The notes below the pieces were generated by a model that searched no databases, was not told the DNA's origin, and was given only the letters and a program-made list of their open reading frames with translations. A stretch of DNA of 46,174 nt, filler included, from Sphacelaria rigidula (taxonomy: Eukaryota): assembly GCA_964200075.2 (NCBI GenBank). It is 2 parts of 2 records of this genome, joined end to end, with 100 filler letters (N's around TTAATTAATTAA, not from the genome) between each part and the next. Parts side by side here need not be neighbours in the genome. Positions count along the whole stretch, not along the records: positions 1 to 23,042 come from CAXNAA020000291.1; 1 more part is not named here. One strand, given 5' to 3'. Position numbers and translations under genes: made by a program. How positions within the stretch are numbered: position 1 is the stretch's first letter; every line of letters starts with the position of its first letter. Below are positions 1 to 11,045 of the stretch, one piece after another.

Positions 1-191
1 TCCATGTGAATTTGACATGGAGGGGATGATGACCCTACCCCATCCGTACTGGTTATATTTTCTGTATTTTGGATTTGCATGTAAGGTGGTCAACCTTCAT
101 GCTAATATTTATATGTCTAGGTTTTGGGTTTTATTCTTGTCTTGCGTTTGTTATAATATGACGGGGGAGAACCTCGGCTATTTTCTGCGAT

Positions 192-388
192 TCCATGTCC
201 ATGTCCGGGCTGTGTTATAGTAGGTTAAAGAAAAAGGAGGGTTAGCTTCTCTATTTCATGTCTATGTCCGGGCTGTGTTATATGGTAGGTTAAATAAAAA
301 GGGGGCTAGCTTCTCTTTTTCATGTCTATATCCGGGCTGTGTTATAGAAGGCTAAATAAAAGGGGGGTCAGCTTCTCTACTTCATGTC
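192..388. repeat. ~63-bp tandem repeat, ~3 copies
   Basis: Unit TTCATGTCTATGTCCGGGCTGTGTTATA..TAGGTTAAATAAAAAGGGGG.TAGCTTCTC recurs at ~192, 255 and 319, with a partial copy at 381. Confidence 0.9.
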
Positions 389-499
389 AGTTTGACTTGC
401 TCTGTTTCGTGCTCGCTGCTGTCTGCGAGCCGCGTCTGCCGTTCTCGTAGTCAATGTCGATTTTGGCGAGAATTTGTGGGTGACGGGGGCGGGGGGGCA

Positions 500-1480
500 G
501 CAAACGTGTTTCATTGCAAATCGGTCACATCCGTCGAACACCAATGTTTTGCGACAATCATGTCGAAACCCATTCCACTTGGTTGGGTAGCTCTGGACAA
601 ACAGAAAGCTTAGAGCTCTGCGAACGTGTTCGTCGAGTTCGGCGTTGCCAAACACGGAGAAGAATCCTTAAATTTGTTCCGAAAATCCGGGGATAGGCCA
701 ATTTATTCCCCGAATTGCCTCTTTTCCCTCTTTGATGCCAGAACGTGAGGCATTGTGAGGCCTTGTGATGCATTGCGATGCGAAAAGGTTTGTGCCGGAG
801 GAAAATATCTGAAACGTCCTGGCTCTAGGTGTTGCATTTTCGCAGCTTTGCCGATTTCTGGTGATTAGGGAGCATCACTCAACGTGCGTCATAGGACCTT
901 AATCGTAAGGCATGAACGCCAGATTTTGGGAGATTACTGTCAAAACGTATCTCGATGGGTTAATAAAGGAAAAAAAATAACGTTTTCGTCGAGTACGGCG
1001 TTGCCAAACACAGAATTAATGGCGAAATTTGTTCCGATACCTAAAGAATAGGCCATTTTCATCCCCAGATTTTTTTTTTGCAAAACGGACTGCACTATAG
1101 TCATACACATTCGTATCAAAAGAGGAGGCCTGAAACGTCCCAGGTGTTCCATTTTCGTAGTCATTATCGATTTCTGGTGAAAAATGAATGATGAGGGAGC
1201 ACGACTTAACGTGGGTGATAAAGTAACTTAATCACAACCGATGACCACCAATTTTTGGGAGACTACCATCAAAACGTATTTCGATGGGTTGAAGAAGAAA
1301 AAAAGAAAACATTACTTTTCGTCGAGTACGACGTCGCCAAACACCGACTTGATGGCGAAATTTGTTCCAAAAAACAGGGGATACGCGATTTTCATCCCCG
1401 CATTAATTTGCTTCTTTCCTTGTTTTTTTCAAACTGACCGCACTTATGTCATGAATATTTGTACCAAAGGAGAAGGTCTG
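500..1480. repeat. Diverged ~340-bp tandem repeat, ~3 copies
   Basis: TTCGTCGAGT.CG.CGT.GCCAAACAC...AAATTTGTTCC recurs at ~629, ~985 and ~1318. The block TGAAACGTCC...ATTTTGGGAGA.TAC..TCAAAACGTAT.TCGATGGGTT recurs at ~810-960 and ~1131-1290. Confidence 0.85.
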
Positions 1481-3916
1481 AGAGGTCTACGGTCGCGAGA
1501 AATCAGCTGCTGCGTAAAGTGTACCGTAATTGAAACAGGTGGTGTTTTTGCCCCATTTTTAACGTCAATAGTCATACTCCACATCTACGCCTGCGACTTG
1601 GTTTGATTATTTTTTCAATTTTGAGAAGCTTCGGTAACAAAAAATTAAATCACCTCTCTCCGGATACTCTGGGCATTGTTCTACGTGTTGTGGTGTCCAC
1701 GAACGAGAGTTTTTCCCGTCAGGTGCCTTCAGCGTACCTTAATTGATACGTTGGCCTCGATATGCGTGTGTATTCCGAACCTAGTGGGCTAGACTTGTTA
1801 GGATGATGAGCGCTTCGTTGCCGGCATGGCACCATTGATGTATGCGATGATACATAAAAACAGTGTTGGACATGGCCCGAATCCTCAAATATGGTAGATT
1901 CAGTGACTGGTAGAGAGAAGTTTTAAAGTAAACAAAAAAACAAATAGAACAGGAGTTGTATTGTTGTTAACCAACAGTTCATGATACTAGAAAAAATCAG
2001 GAGAAGATCGATGCAGCAATTCACGAACTCGAATTTCGTGGCTGCTGCATTTCGGAATTAGGTGATGCTGCTGTCTTTCTTCAAGTTGAATTGTTAAAAT
2101 CCGATGGACTAGACAGTTTTCGATTACACTCAACACGTATCTCCGGCCGTCATGAACGGACCATTCTTTACTCTGTCGTGAAAAGCGGGCAATTCCGCAT
2201 CCCACACCCTTCCACATGTACTTCACGCTTCCGTTTTTGGGGTATGTTAACGTGCCGCCGGTTGTGCCTGCGCGCGCATCTACTGCAGGTGCCCTAGAAG
2301 AACGACAAAGTAGTGGGTGGTGATGTCCACAGAGCTTTGTAAAGCGTGTTCATAGAAATCGCTTTTCCAATACTGACCGCGTGCCCTGCCCACCGCTAGA
2401 ACGTCGGCTAGAAACAACAAAGAACGAATTATACTGCGTGCCCCCGCCGTTGCACGGTGAAAAACACTCTCCTGTACAGTGTCCGGTGAGAGACAAGCCA
2501 ATCCCCACAACCGAAGTCACTCAGAGAAGTAACGGGAAACCGTCACGACTACAGTCGCTCAGAGCGTTACACACCCGTGATCCTTCGAGAGCTGTCGTAT
2601 AACGGTTGGGTTGATTCACTTGGAGGCTTGCGGGTTAGCTCGACGTTTGGCTTTGTAGAGACGGGGACATGGACTGTAATCCACAAGTCCCTTTGCGACG
2701 CGCTTGAGAAAAACTCGCGCGAACAAACAGTCTCTCTCCTCGAAAAAACATGCAAAATCGTGCAGGTATGCATGAAACTGGAGGCGTCAGTATTGGATAC
2801 ATGGAACCCAATGCCCAAGTGACCCGAAAGTCATTTATTTATGCGTTTCTTCTTCACATCCTTGACTTGGATTTCATTTCAACTCTTGGTTTAGATGGCA
2901 TCAAAATAACAACCCTACCCCTCGGTCTTCCCAAATTGAGAATGTTCACAGAGAATTGCGATCCCTGTTTCTGCTTTTTTTTTGTTCTACCGTACACAAT
3001 ACTTCGTAGCCTCCATCGGAGAGGGTAAAGGAGTGCAAGCGTAAGCCCGCGATTGAACTCTTCAAGAGCCACCTCCAAACCTCATCACACCCACCAACCA
3101 CCAACCGTATTATAGCGTTCCACAATCCATAGAGGCTAGCTTGGGCGTTGCCCAAACACTCATCAATACACCATCACTACACACAATCCATCCCCGCCAA
3201 CCGGGCAAATCTCACGTCACGGAAAGAAAGAGAAAAAAGCTGCCGTTTTTGATGCCCAGCAAGCACGCTGCAGCACACTATACATACGGCCCTGATACGC
3301 GCCCCGTGCTTTCATATCTCTACTCCCCTCGTAAGGTGCCGTGTCGCACCTGTAGCTTGGCACTAGGAAACGCGAGAGTTCATGGCCATTACACAGATGA
3401 CTTTATCTCGCCATCACCGGCTACGACAAGTCCTTAAACGAAGGCGAAGGACTGACGTCAGATACGTGATTCGGCTCAGCCATAAACGATGGAGGCTGCC
3501 TGCGCCGTTTTTGTCCAAGGCTTAACAAAAGCTCAAACGTAAAAATGTACAACACGCGGACGACAGCAGGCGAGGCACAGGCCTTGCTAGCTACCGTATA
3601 ATAGTATGCTTCCGCATCTAATCATCAATTAATTTCACACGGAACGTGCGTGGTATCCGAGTATTTCAACTGTACTTCACACACTCAACACAATGTCGCT
3701 ATGCAGTGTACACAACAACCGCCTTTCACACAGCGAGAGCTCAATATGCCACCAATGCACTCCGGATGATCTCGACAGCATCCGTCATATGTATGTGATG
3801 CTGGAGGTCGCTCCACGACAGCATGCTCATGTCTTTGACCACGGTTGAATAGAGGATTGCAATTGGATGCCCCAAGTGGCGGGAACATGCTTCTCGCGCG
3901 GTAGCCGGGGTGAGTA

Positions 3917-6900
3917 TCAGCCGGAGGTGTTCCTGACAATCCAGGGGTGCTGAGGCACCCTCTCCAACGGCAAGCGGTCAGCCGGTTTCTTGCGGATGAG
4001 GCGTCCAATAAGATCTCGGGCGTCCGGCGTCACATGCTGATCAATCAGTCACACGCCAAATACAAGCAAACAAAGCGAGATACATGAAATACGTGTACGA
4101 GTAGGGCACGTTTGTGTCAACATATTTATTTAGAGCCAGCACGTTAAACGGTGAGTCATCACATAAAAAAACGTGGCTATAGCGACAAGAGGACCTGTCC
4201 ATCTGGCCCGGCTAGCTCGTGGTTTGGTGATAGCACGCCGGACGCAGCAGGCGTTGGGATGCCGCAACAGCGACATAGCATCGTACATTCGACGCACGCC
4301 CGCCTACGTGAAGGGTCGGGCTGTCGGGATTCCATTTCGCCCCTGCTTCTCGTGTACTCAAATACCACCCCACGCTCCCTGGCCTGCCTATAGGTGCATA
4401 GCGCACCTTGTCTGGGGTCGTGCGGGAGCATGCGGAATGTGCATTTTTCATCTTCCATCTTGCTGAAAGAAATTTCAATCTCACCTCTCCTTTCTTTTAG
4501 GAAATAGTCACCAATCTCTAGGGATCAACACGAACCACAAGTTGGTACGCGTGAACCTGTCTCACCTCTTCATGATAGAGAGTTCGTTCAATAATCTCGC
4601 CCCAAAAGTGACCATCATGTGTCCTCCTGTTTTGGGGCGAGGACATTCCCACATAAGACCATGAATTTCAATACCAGAGTGGAGCTTCGGACCCGCGGAC
4701 TCCGCCACATAAAGCGCTGATACTCAAATATAGCCTTGCCAAAAGGGTGTGTGCACAACAAGATATGTGCCCAAAACGAGCTATGCAAAGACTGCATGTT
4801 GTCGACCAGGAAGGACACGTGAGTGACGGGGCTGATCCGCTTTTTTCCCTGTGCATCTCTGCACCTCCCCCCCGCCCCTTGTGTGCTTCTCTTCACACCC
4901 TGAGCAACAGACTACATTGCCAAAAAATGTACCACGTACAGAGTCGACTGTGGCGTCTATTGCAATGGACTACACTCTATACTGTACGCAGTACACTTTC
5001 GAAAAATGTAATCGTGTGCAGGGCGTGCTTGTCTCACAATACAACATCACCAATACGTACCGAGGGGTACCGTAGGTCGACGTTGATGATGCGGCGGTAC
5101 GTGGCGCTGTGCCCCTGAGCGTCGAAGGGCGGGTTGCCGACCAGCAGCTCGTACATGAGCACCCCCAAGGCCCAAATGTCCACGGCTTCGTTGTGCTCCT
5201 GTAGAAAACACAACAGCAAAGACCGGCGGCGGGTGTTATGTGAGTGTTGAAGTGTTTGGGGGAGGCATGGCCAAAAATGACAACGGCGTGACGTACCGAA
5301 GTCGATGCAGTACCTCTTTGAAGCTTGAGCATGTAGGCATGAAAGTTAAATCAAACGGTTGCCATGAAGTATATCCGAAAGCTCGGCAGTCACCAGTAGC
5401 TACGGCAGCGACAGAGCTGGGCTTAACCGAGTTTACATCTCCGAACGTACAGCATCATCATTTCAATCATATATTGCATAGTGTGGAATTTTGTCGTGAG
5501 CGAGATTCATTTTACATGTTGCTAGCACTTCACGTCAGCAGTTCGCATACCATACAATGAGAAAATCGTACCGGGCGAGAGGCTCGACACACCCAACTCG
5601 AAGCCGTTACGGGTTGCCACTGCCGGGTACAGTACTGCGCCCCAGGATGAACGCCGCGGTTACGTATCGTTTGCGGACAAAACTGTATTTTTTCTCCACA
5701 AAAGCTGGGGCATCGAGGCGTTTACCTCGAGGAACACTGGGATATGAATTGTTCGACTACGACATGCGAAATTCATGGAGAGCAAGCAATAACTAACCTT
5801 GCCCTCCACCATCTCTGGGGGTAGGTAGTCGAGGGTACCGCAGAAGGTCTGGCGACGGTTGGACGGGGCGTGCACGGACCATCCGAAATCCGCGATCTTG
5901 AGCTGTGATGCGATAATGTAGGTGTGACGGCGTGTGATGATGCATGCAAGAGCAGCGGTCACGCACGCGAGCGCACGGAGGGATCACGATAAGTGTGAGA
6001 GAAAAAGCTAATGATATGAGAAAGAAAAAAAACAGCGTAACAAAAGTCGAATCAAGAGCGAACAAATACTTTCCCACATTGCAAGAACTATCGCAAGAGA
6101 ATTCAATCGCAAAGTCTGGTCGGGCAGAGGCGCGCTTGAACTCCTGGAGGATGACCGGAAAATCTGGTCAGTCGATGTCAGCGCCAGTACAGTACAGTGC
6201 TGAGCTAAATATGAACCATATGCAGGACAGAATCCAGCCTCCGCGCAGCCAAATCAACGTGCGCTGCAACGGAAAATCATTCATCATACTCGTTTTTCTT
6301 TAATTTGTGCAGGTTCGCCCGACCACGTGGTGTTGAGGGCAAAAAAAACTTCCCTCATATCATCTACACTATTTCAAGAGAAGATAACCTCTTCACCCCA
6401 CCACCGAGCTTTCAGCCGTGATCCGCATGGCACATTGTTTGATATGATTTGGTTTGATTGTCGCACTTCAAGTGACTCCTAAGGGTTCTCTCCTAAGGGT
6501 TCTCTCCTAAGGGTTCTCTCCTAAGGGTTCTCTCCTAAGGGGTCCAGACGTCGTCTCATGGTAGACGTACGTACCCACGAAAAACTCAAACACGCTCTGA
6601 GAAAAAAAAGGGGGGAGTCGAAACACATATCTTCTCTTTTCAGAGAGGTGAACGCTTGAATTCTCACATCATCGTCAACGATATCCTCACCACCACGAAA
6701 CGAGGCTGCGCTGCTGAGATGATCATTATGGGGAGACTTTTTGGGCTATCATATCAAGTACTTGGAGACAGTGTGACGGTATAAAGACACAAGAGTAGAC
6801 ACAGAACATGACCAGTGAGGTGACATAGCTACCTCGCCGTTGTGCCCGACGAGGAGGTTCTCGGGCTTGATGTCCCTGTGAATCACGTGCTTCGAGTGGC

Positions 6901-9900
6901 AGTAGCTCAACGCGTCGGCCACCTCCTTCACGTACTGCGCGGCCCTTCGCTCCCTGCAACAGTCACATTTTCCAAAAAAAATATACGGGGACATTCGTGT
7001 GTTTGTTTAGGTAACGGGGGAATTACCATTTTTCCAATTCCTTGTCTCATCAAGCCTTATTCTCGTTCCTTGTTTTGGAATTTCTCGGGGACGTACAAAA
7101 CAGTAGAGCCAGAGCTTTGGTCGTACACTATGGTTGACACAAGGACTACTTGATTTTAGACTTGGGGAAAGTTTTGAGAAAACCTAGAGTTGGAGGCATG
7201 GCGAGTAGTGGACCCAGCTCGTCCAGAACGTGTTCTTGTCGAAACCGGCGCGGCGTCAATTTCACGTCTGCTTGAACACCCCGTCGCCCGAGGGTCTCGT
7301 GTGCCTTGGGTCGGGGTTAGGGTTAGGGTTTGCGTTATCATTAGTTCGAAAAAATCAACAATGAAAATACGACCAAAACTTGGATTCGCCTCTATAAAAA
7401 CGCCTCGACGACCATCCACACACCAGTTTTACCTCACACCGGGGCATAGCGGTACTTCTGTGTTGTAAATTCAGGACATAAAATAGTCCTCCGCCACGCG
7501 GATGTACAGCTAGCAGCGGAGTTGGACCCACACCACACGGGTCGTCTTTAGAGCCTACACTCTGGCAAAAAGCACAACGAGCACAGTTACGCTGACGACA
7601 CTCATCACCGGGATCGAGGCTCAGGTAAACAATGTTCACTTGTAGCAATGAAAGGTACATGGTTCTCCGGGCTCCTCCCCTACAACGGCAAGGTGAAGAC
7701 GAGAGGAGAAGGCGGGGTATTGATGTATCCATCAGAGCACAGCGGAACTCCACGTTCTAGATATAACTCAACCACAGAGTATGGCTGACGACAAGAGCAC
7801 ACTGTCTGTTAGTGGAACACGGATGGTGAAACGCTCGCGAGTCAGCCCGTGGAAACGCTAACGCCATGAAAATACCATGTGCCTATTTCACGCAGCTTGT
7901 GATCGCAGATTTGGAACCTCCCCTCCCCCAACATCACCACCTCTACGACTGCCAAAAAATAAGCCATTCAACGGTTTTGGAGGGTTTGATCACGAGGCTT
8001 GCTTACCCGAAGCACCCGGCTTCAACAAGCGAGTTGTAGAGCTCCCCGCCGCTAGCGAGCTCTAGGATGAGATAGATCCGCTTGTGGTCGTAAAAGAAGC
8101 CCAGCCTAAAGGAGGACAAAAAAGCATGAGGTAATAGAGAGGGAAGGAACAGAGGAAATAAAGTGGAAAACACCGGAGCTTCTTTAGGATGTCAGCCGAT
8201 CCGATGAGCACTCGAGCAATGACACTGATTGAATACATTAGGGAGGGCGAGAGGAGTCGATAAACTTCAGTGGGTACAGACATCTCAAAACCTTGGTGCT
8301 TGTCCGCGATACACACTCGACAAAATCAGTGTCGACATCCACAACGGCGGGGATGCGACGACTTCGACCTCCGACGCCCAACTCTCGGGACAGGGATACT
8401 TGATGAGGGAGCGAATATCCCTACAGTGAAGAAGCAGCATCGCCAACAATGTTCGTCCGTGAATCAGCACAGGTGTGCAAGATGAGATGCGAGATGCACA
8501 CAAACTGTGGGCGGAACCCACATTCGGAGAATATTCCGGTGTCGGAGGTGCGACTGAATTTCAATCTCTCTTCGCAGCTGATGCTCCACCCCAGACTTGG
8601 AGAGTTGCTTCTTCTGCAGCACCTGTCGCGCACGCACACCCGTGCGTGAAACACACACAAAAAAACGATGGAGGGAGAAGGAACGTGAGGAATCATGTCA
8701 AGACGTGACTTCTAGACGCCCGCCGTGCATGATTTCACCATTCCTTCCCTCTTGCGTGACGTGCACTCTTGTATGCGCAACTGAAACAGAGTCGAGTAGG
8801 CGACAAAGATTGTTTTACTGTATGCTTCTGCTTCATCTGCGACTGTGAGATGTTGCTGGAGGATGTTCAACATCTGCTGAAATCGCCTCGTGGAAATACA
8901 ATATGGGCACACACGGACTCAGATGAGGCACCAATATAGATAGAGAGTTGCGAAAAAAAAGTATCACCCAAGCAAGCTGTGGAGAACTTCACGTAACACG
9001 AGAGAAAAGTGTCCCCACCGCCAACTGACGCGACAGTACACGCGCAAAACCCTCTTGGAATAAAAAAAGAGTGATTCCAAACATTGCACAGGGATACATC
9101 TGAGGAATTTCCAGCAGAACTGCGCAACGTATGCGCCTGTGGCAACCTACATTGTCACTCATGTTTATCGGGTTGTACATGAATTTCAAACTTCGTCATG
9201 GTTTGGTCACATGTTTGAATTTGATTATTCCGAGCTTTTCCGCGAAACTGACATTTTTCAGGTCAAGGCCATTTCCGCAAGGAAATGACCCGCTCGTGGC
9301 ATAATCTTTCATCCAACAATTTTTCAAGCAATCCGAGGTCGAAGTTTGCCCCCAGATGCCTTTGGTGGAGGAACCTTGCTTCGGCGTGAAGCGCAAGAGA
9401 GCGAGCGCCGGTGGTACCATTTCCAGAGCAGGAGGGAGTGTACACCCATCTCAAACGGACAACCTATGTCACGCAATACCCAGGCTCGTCGGGGGTAAAA
9501 GTAAACAAGTATCTTCGTTGGGCAGCACAGCCGAAGGAAACCCTCTTGGCTGTCGACTTTATGGAAGTACCTGGACCATACTACTAGCAATAACAATGAA
9601 CGGTGCCAACTGACCATAGCAGCGGGGAAAACAGATATTTTCGTGGTGAAAGCTTGGGAAGCCAAATAACACAGGGTGTACCTTACCCCCGTTTCTACAT
9701 TTCCAAAGGGTAGTCGAAATGTAAATGTCACGGAGTCTTCCATCCCAAGCGTGCCAGGATCGACTGGCGGGAAATTACACCATGTGTGTGTGCATCAGGT
9801 CTTGACGCTGACCGAAGATGCCACTCAAGCTATGAACGCTTCATGCGGTCAAGGGGCTCAAAACACGACTCAATACTGACACCGGCTCGGGAACCTAGGC

Positions 9901-10088
9901 TCGCCGTGTGATGCTGTACCGCACCTCACCTTAATGGCTGTCACGTATCCTGAGGTTTTCTCACGGGCCAGATATACTCTCCCGAATTTGCCCTGTCCCA
10001 GCCGCCGTCCGATCTCGAAATCTTCAAGGGACCATCCTCGCCGGGGCGCTCCACCCTGACCCACAGGACCTCCTCCAACTGGCCTCAT
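3917..10088 (-). CDS. AUR: Aurora family Ser/Thr kinase, 7 coding exons, ~280 aa
   Basis: Exons (minus) 10088-9930, 8622-8522, 8105-8007, 6953-6833, 5902-5798, 5198-5061, 4036-3917, all GT-AG and phase-compatible. The product has [52 protein letters not shown], the Aurora signature [27 protein letters not shown], and C-terminal [13 protein letters not shown] ending in TGA. The ATG at 10088 directly follows CGCAG, so an upstream (UTR) exon may exist. Confidence 0.96.
4894..5027. mobile_element. Hairpin MITE, family A (TIR CACACCCTGGACAA-like), copy in the last Aurora intron
   Basis: CACACCCTGAGCAACAGACTACATTGCCAAAAAATGTAC ... GTACACTTTCGAAAAATGTAATCGTGTGCAGGGCGTG forms an imperfect long palindrome. 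Flanks CTTCTCTT / CTTGTCTC match at 6/8, consistent with a TSD. Homologous to 36646-36786 and 40055-40129. Confidence 0.75.
6476..6541. repeat. 14-bp tandem repeat (CTCCTAAGGGTTCT) x4.7 in an Aurora intron
   Basis: Four perfect units plus a partial unit, read directly. Confidence 0.95.
7314..7330 (+). repeat. Short interstitial telomere-type repeat (GGGTTA)x~3
   Basis: GGGTTAGGGTTAGGGTT inside an Aurora intron. Confidence 0.7.
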
Positions 10089-10526
10089 CTGCGACTGCCA
10101 AGGACAACATATGGCCAGATGACGGGATAGTGACATGTATATTAAAGTTTTGACCGTTGTTTTGGATTCGTGACCCGTCAGCTCTTCTGCAGTTGATGAA
10201 CCAATAAATTGATCGATCAACTGAAGGCTTGAGTCACCCAATTGATGTGTGAGAAACGTCGCCAAGTCCATGTTTTGGGAGCGGCCAAGAGAAAAGCACG
10301 CGCGCGGGGGGATGGGGGGGGAGGCGGGACGCGCTTTCCCAAGAACCATACTGTACTTCTCCAAAAAATCGTCAAATCGGAGAAATGAATGGGGGCGGAG
10401 GTGGGGGCTACGCAAGCTTTCAACTTACAAGTGTTATTTTCCTTCAAAATCGACCTCGTTCTCTCTTCCTGTCATAAATTCAAAAAGTATGCACTACATA
10501 TACTCGTCTTGGCCCTAACCCTACTC

Positions 10527-10746
10527 GTCACCCCGGTGGCTCAGTTGGTAACCGCGAAAACTTTTGACAGTTTGGAGGTGGGTTCGAATCTCGATCAGAT
10601 CACACGATGTGAGATTTTCCTCCCAAGACATACCCAACAATGGAGAGCGATCACGTCATGGGTACACAAAGTTCGACTTCACGGTCAACGAGGGATGGGG
10701 GGCGTACTAAATTAAATTGCAAAGGCACCGGAGGTGAGGTAGGTAC
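10527..10746 (+). mobile_element. tRNA-derived SINE-like element, copy 1
   Basis: A-box TGGCTCAGTTGG and B-box GGTTCGAATC with tRNA-like spacing but no complete cloverleaf. It aligns over ~200 bp with the minus-strand copy at 24139-24381. Confidence 0.75.
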
Positions 10747-10769
10747 CCGGTATCGGTATTTGGGACTTT

Positions 10770-11045
10770 TAATACCCTACCGATACAGGTCCAATCGAGT
10801 ATTGTCGAATGGCATACCTACGATACAACGGTATCTCGAGATACCAAGACCTACCGTACCCGCCCAATCGGGTATTTTCAAATGCCGTTCCTACGATACC
10901 ACGGTATTTCGAGATACCAATACCTACCGTACCCGCTCAAGCAGGTATTTTCAAAACTCATACCTACGGAATCTCAGTATTTCGAGATTTCAATACCTGC
11001 CGTCTCTGCTCAATCGAGTATATTCAAAACTCATACCGAAGATAC
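10770..11045. repeat. 73-bp tandem repeat, ~4 copies
   Basis: CAATACCTACCGTACCCGCTCAATCGAGTATTTTCAAA...CATACCTACGATACCACGGTATTTCGAGATAC recurs at ~10770, 10845, 10918 and 10991 (period 73). Confidence 0.9.

Noticed and set aside
1987-3437. Short ORFs downstream of Aurora
   Set aside because: No recognisable motifs or consistent splice chain; probably UTR or intergenic.
10530-10605. Functional tRNA gene
   Set aside because: A/B boxes are present, but the acceptor, D and T stems do not pair properly, and similarity to 24139-24381 extends well beyond the tRNA-like part. A SINE fits better.
10770-11045. CRISPR-like array
   Set aside because: Units are similar along their whole length with no unique spacers, there are no cas genes, and the context is eukaryotic.
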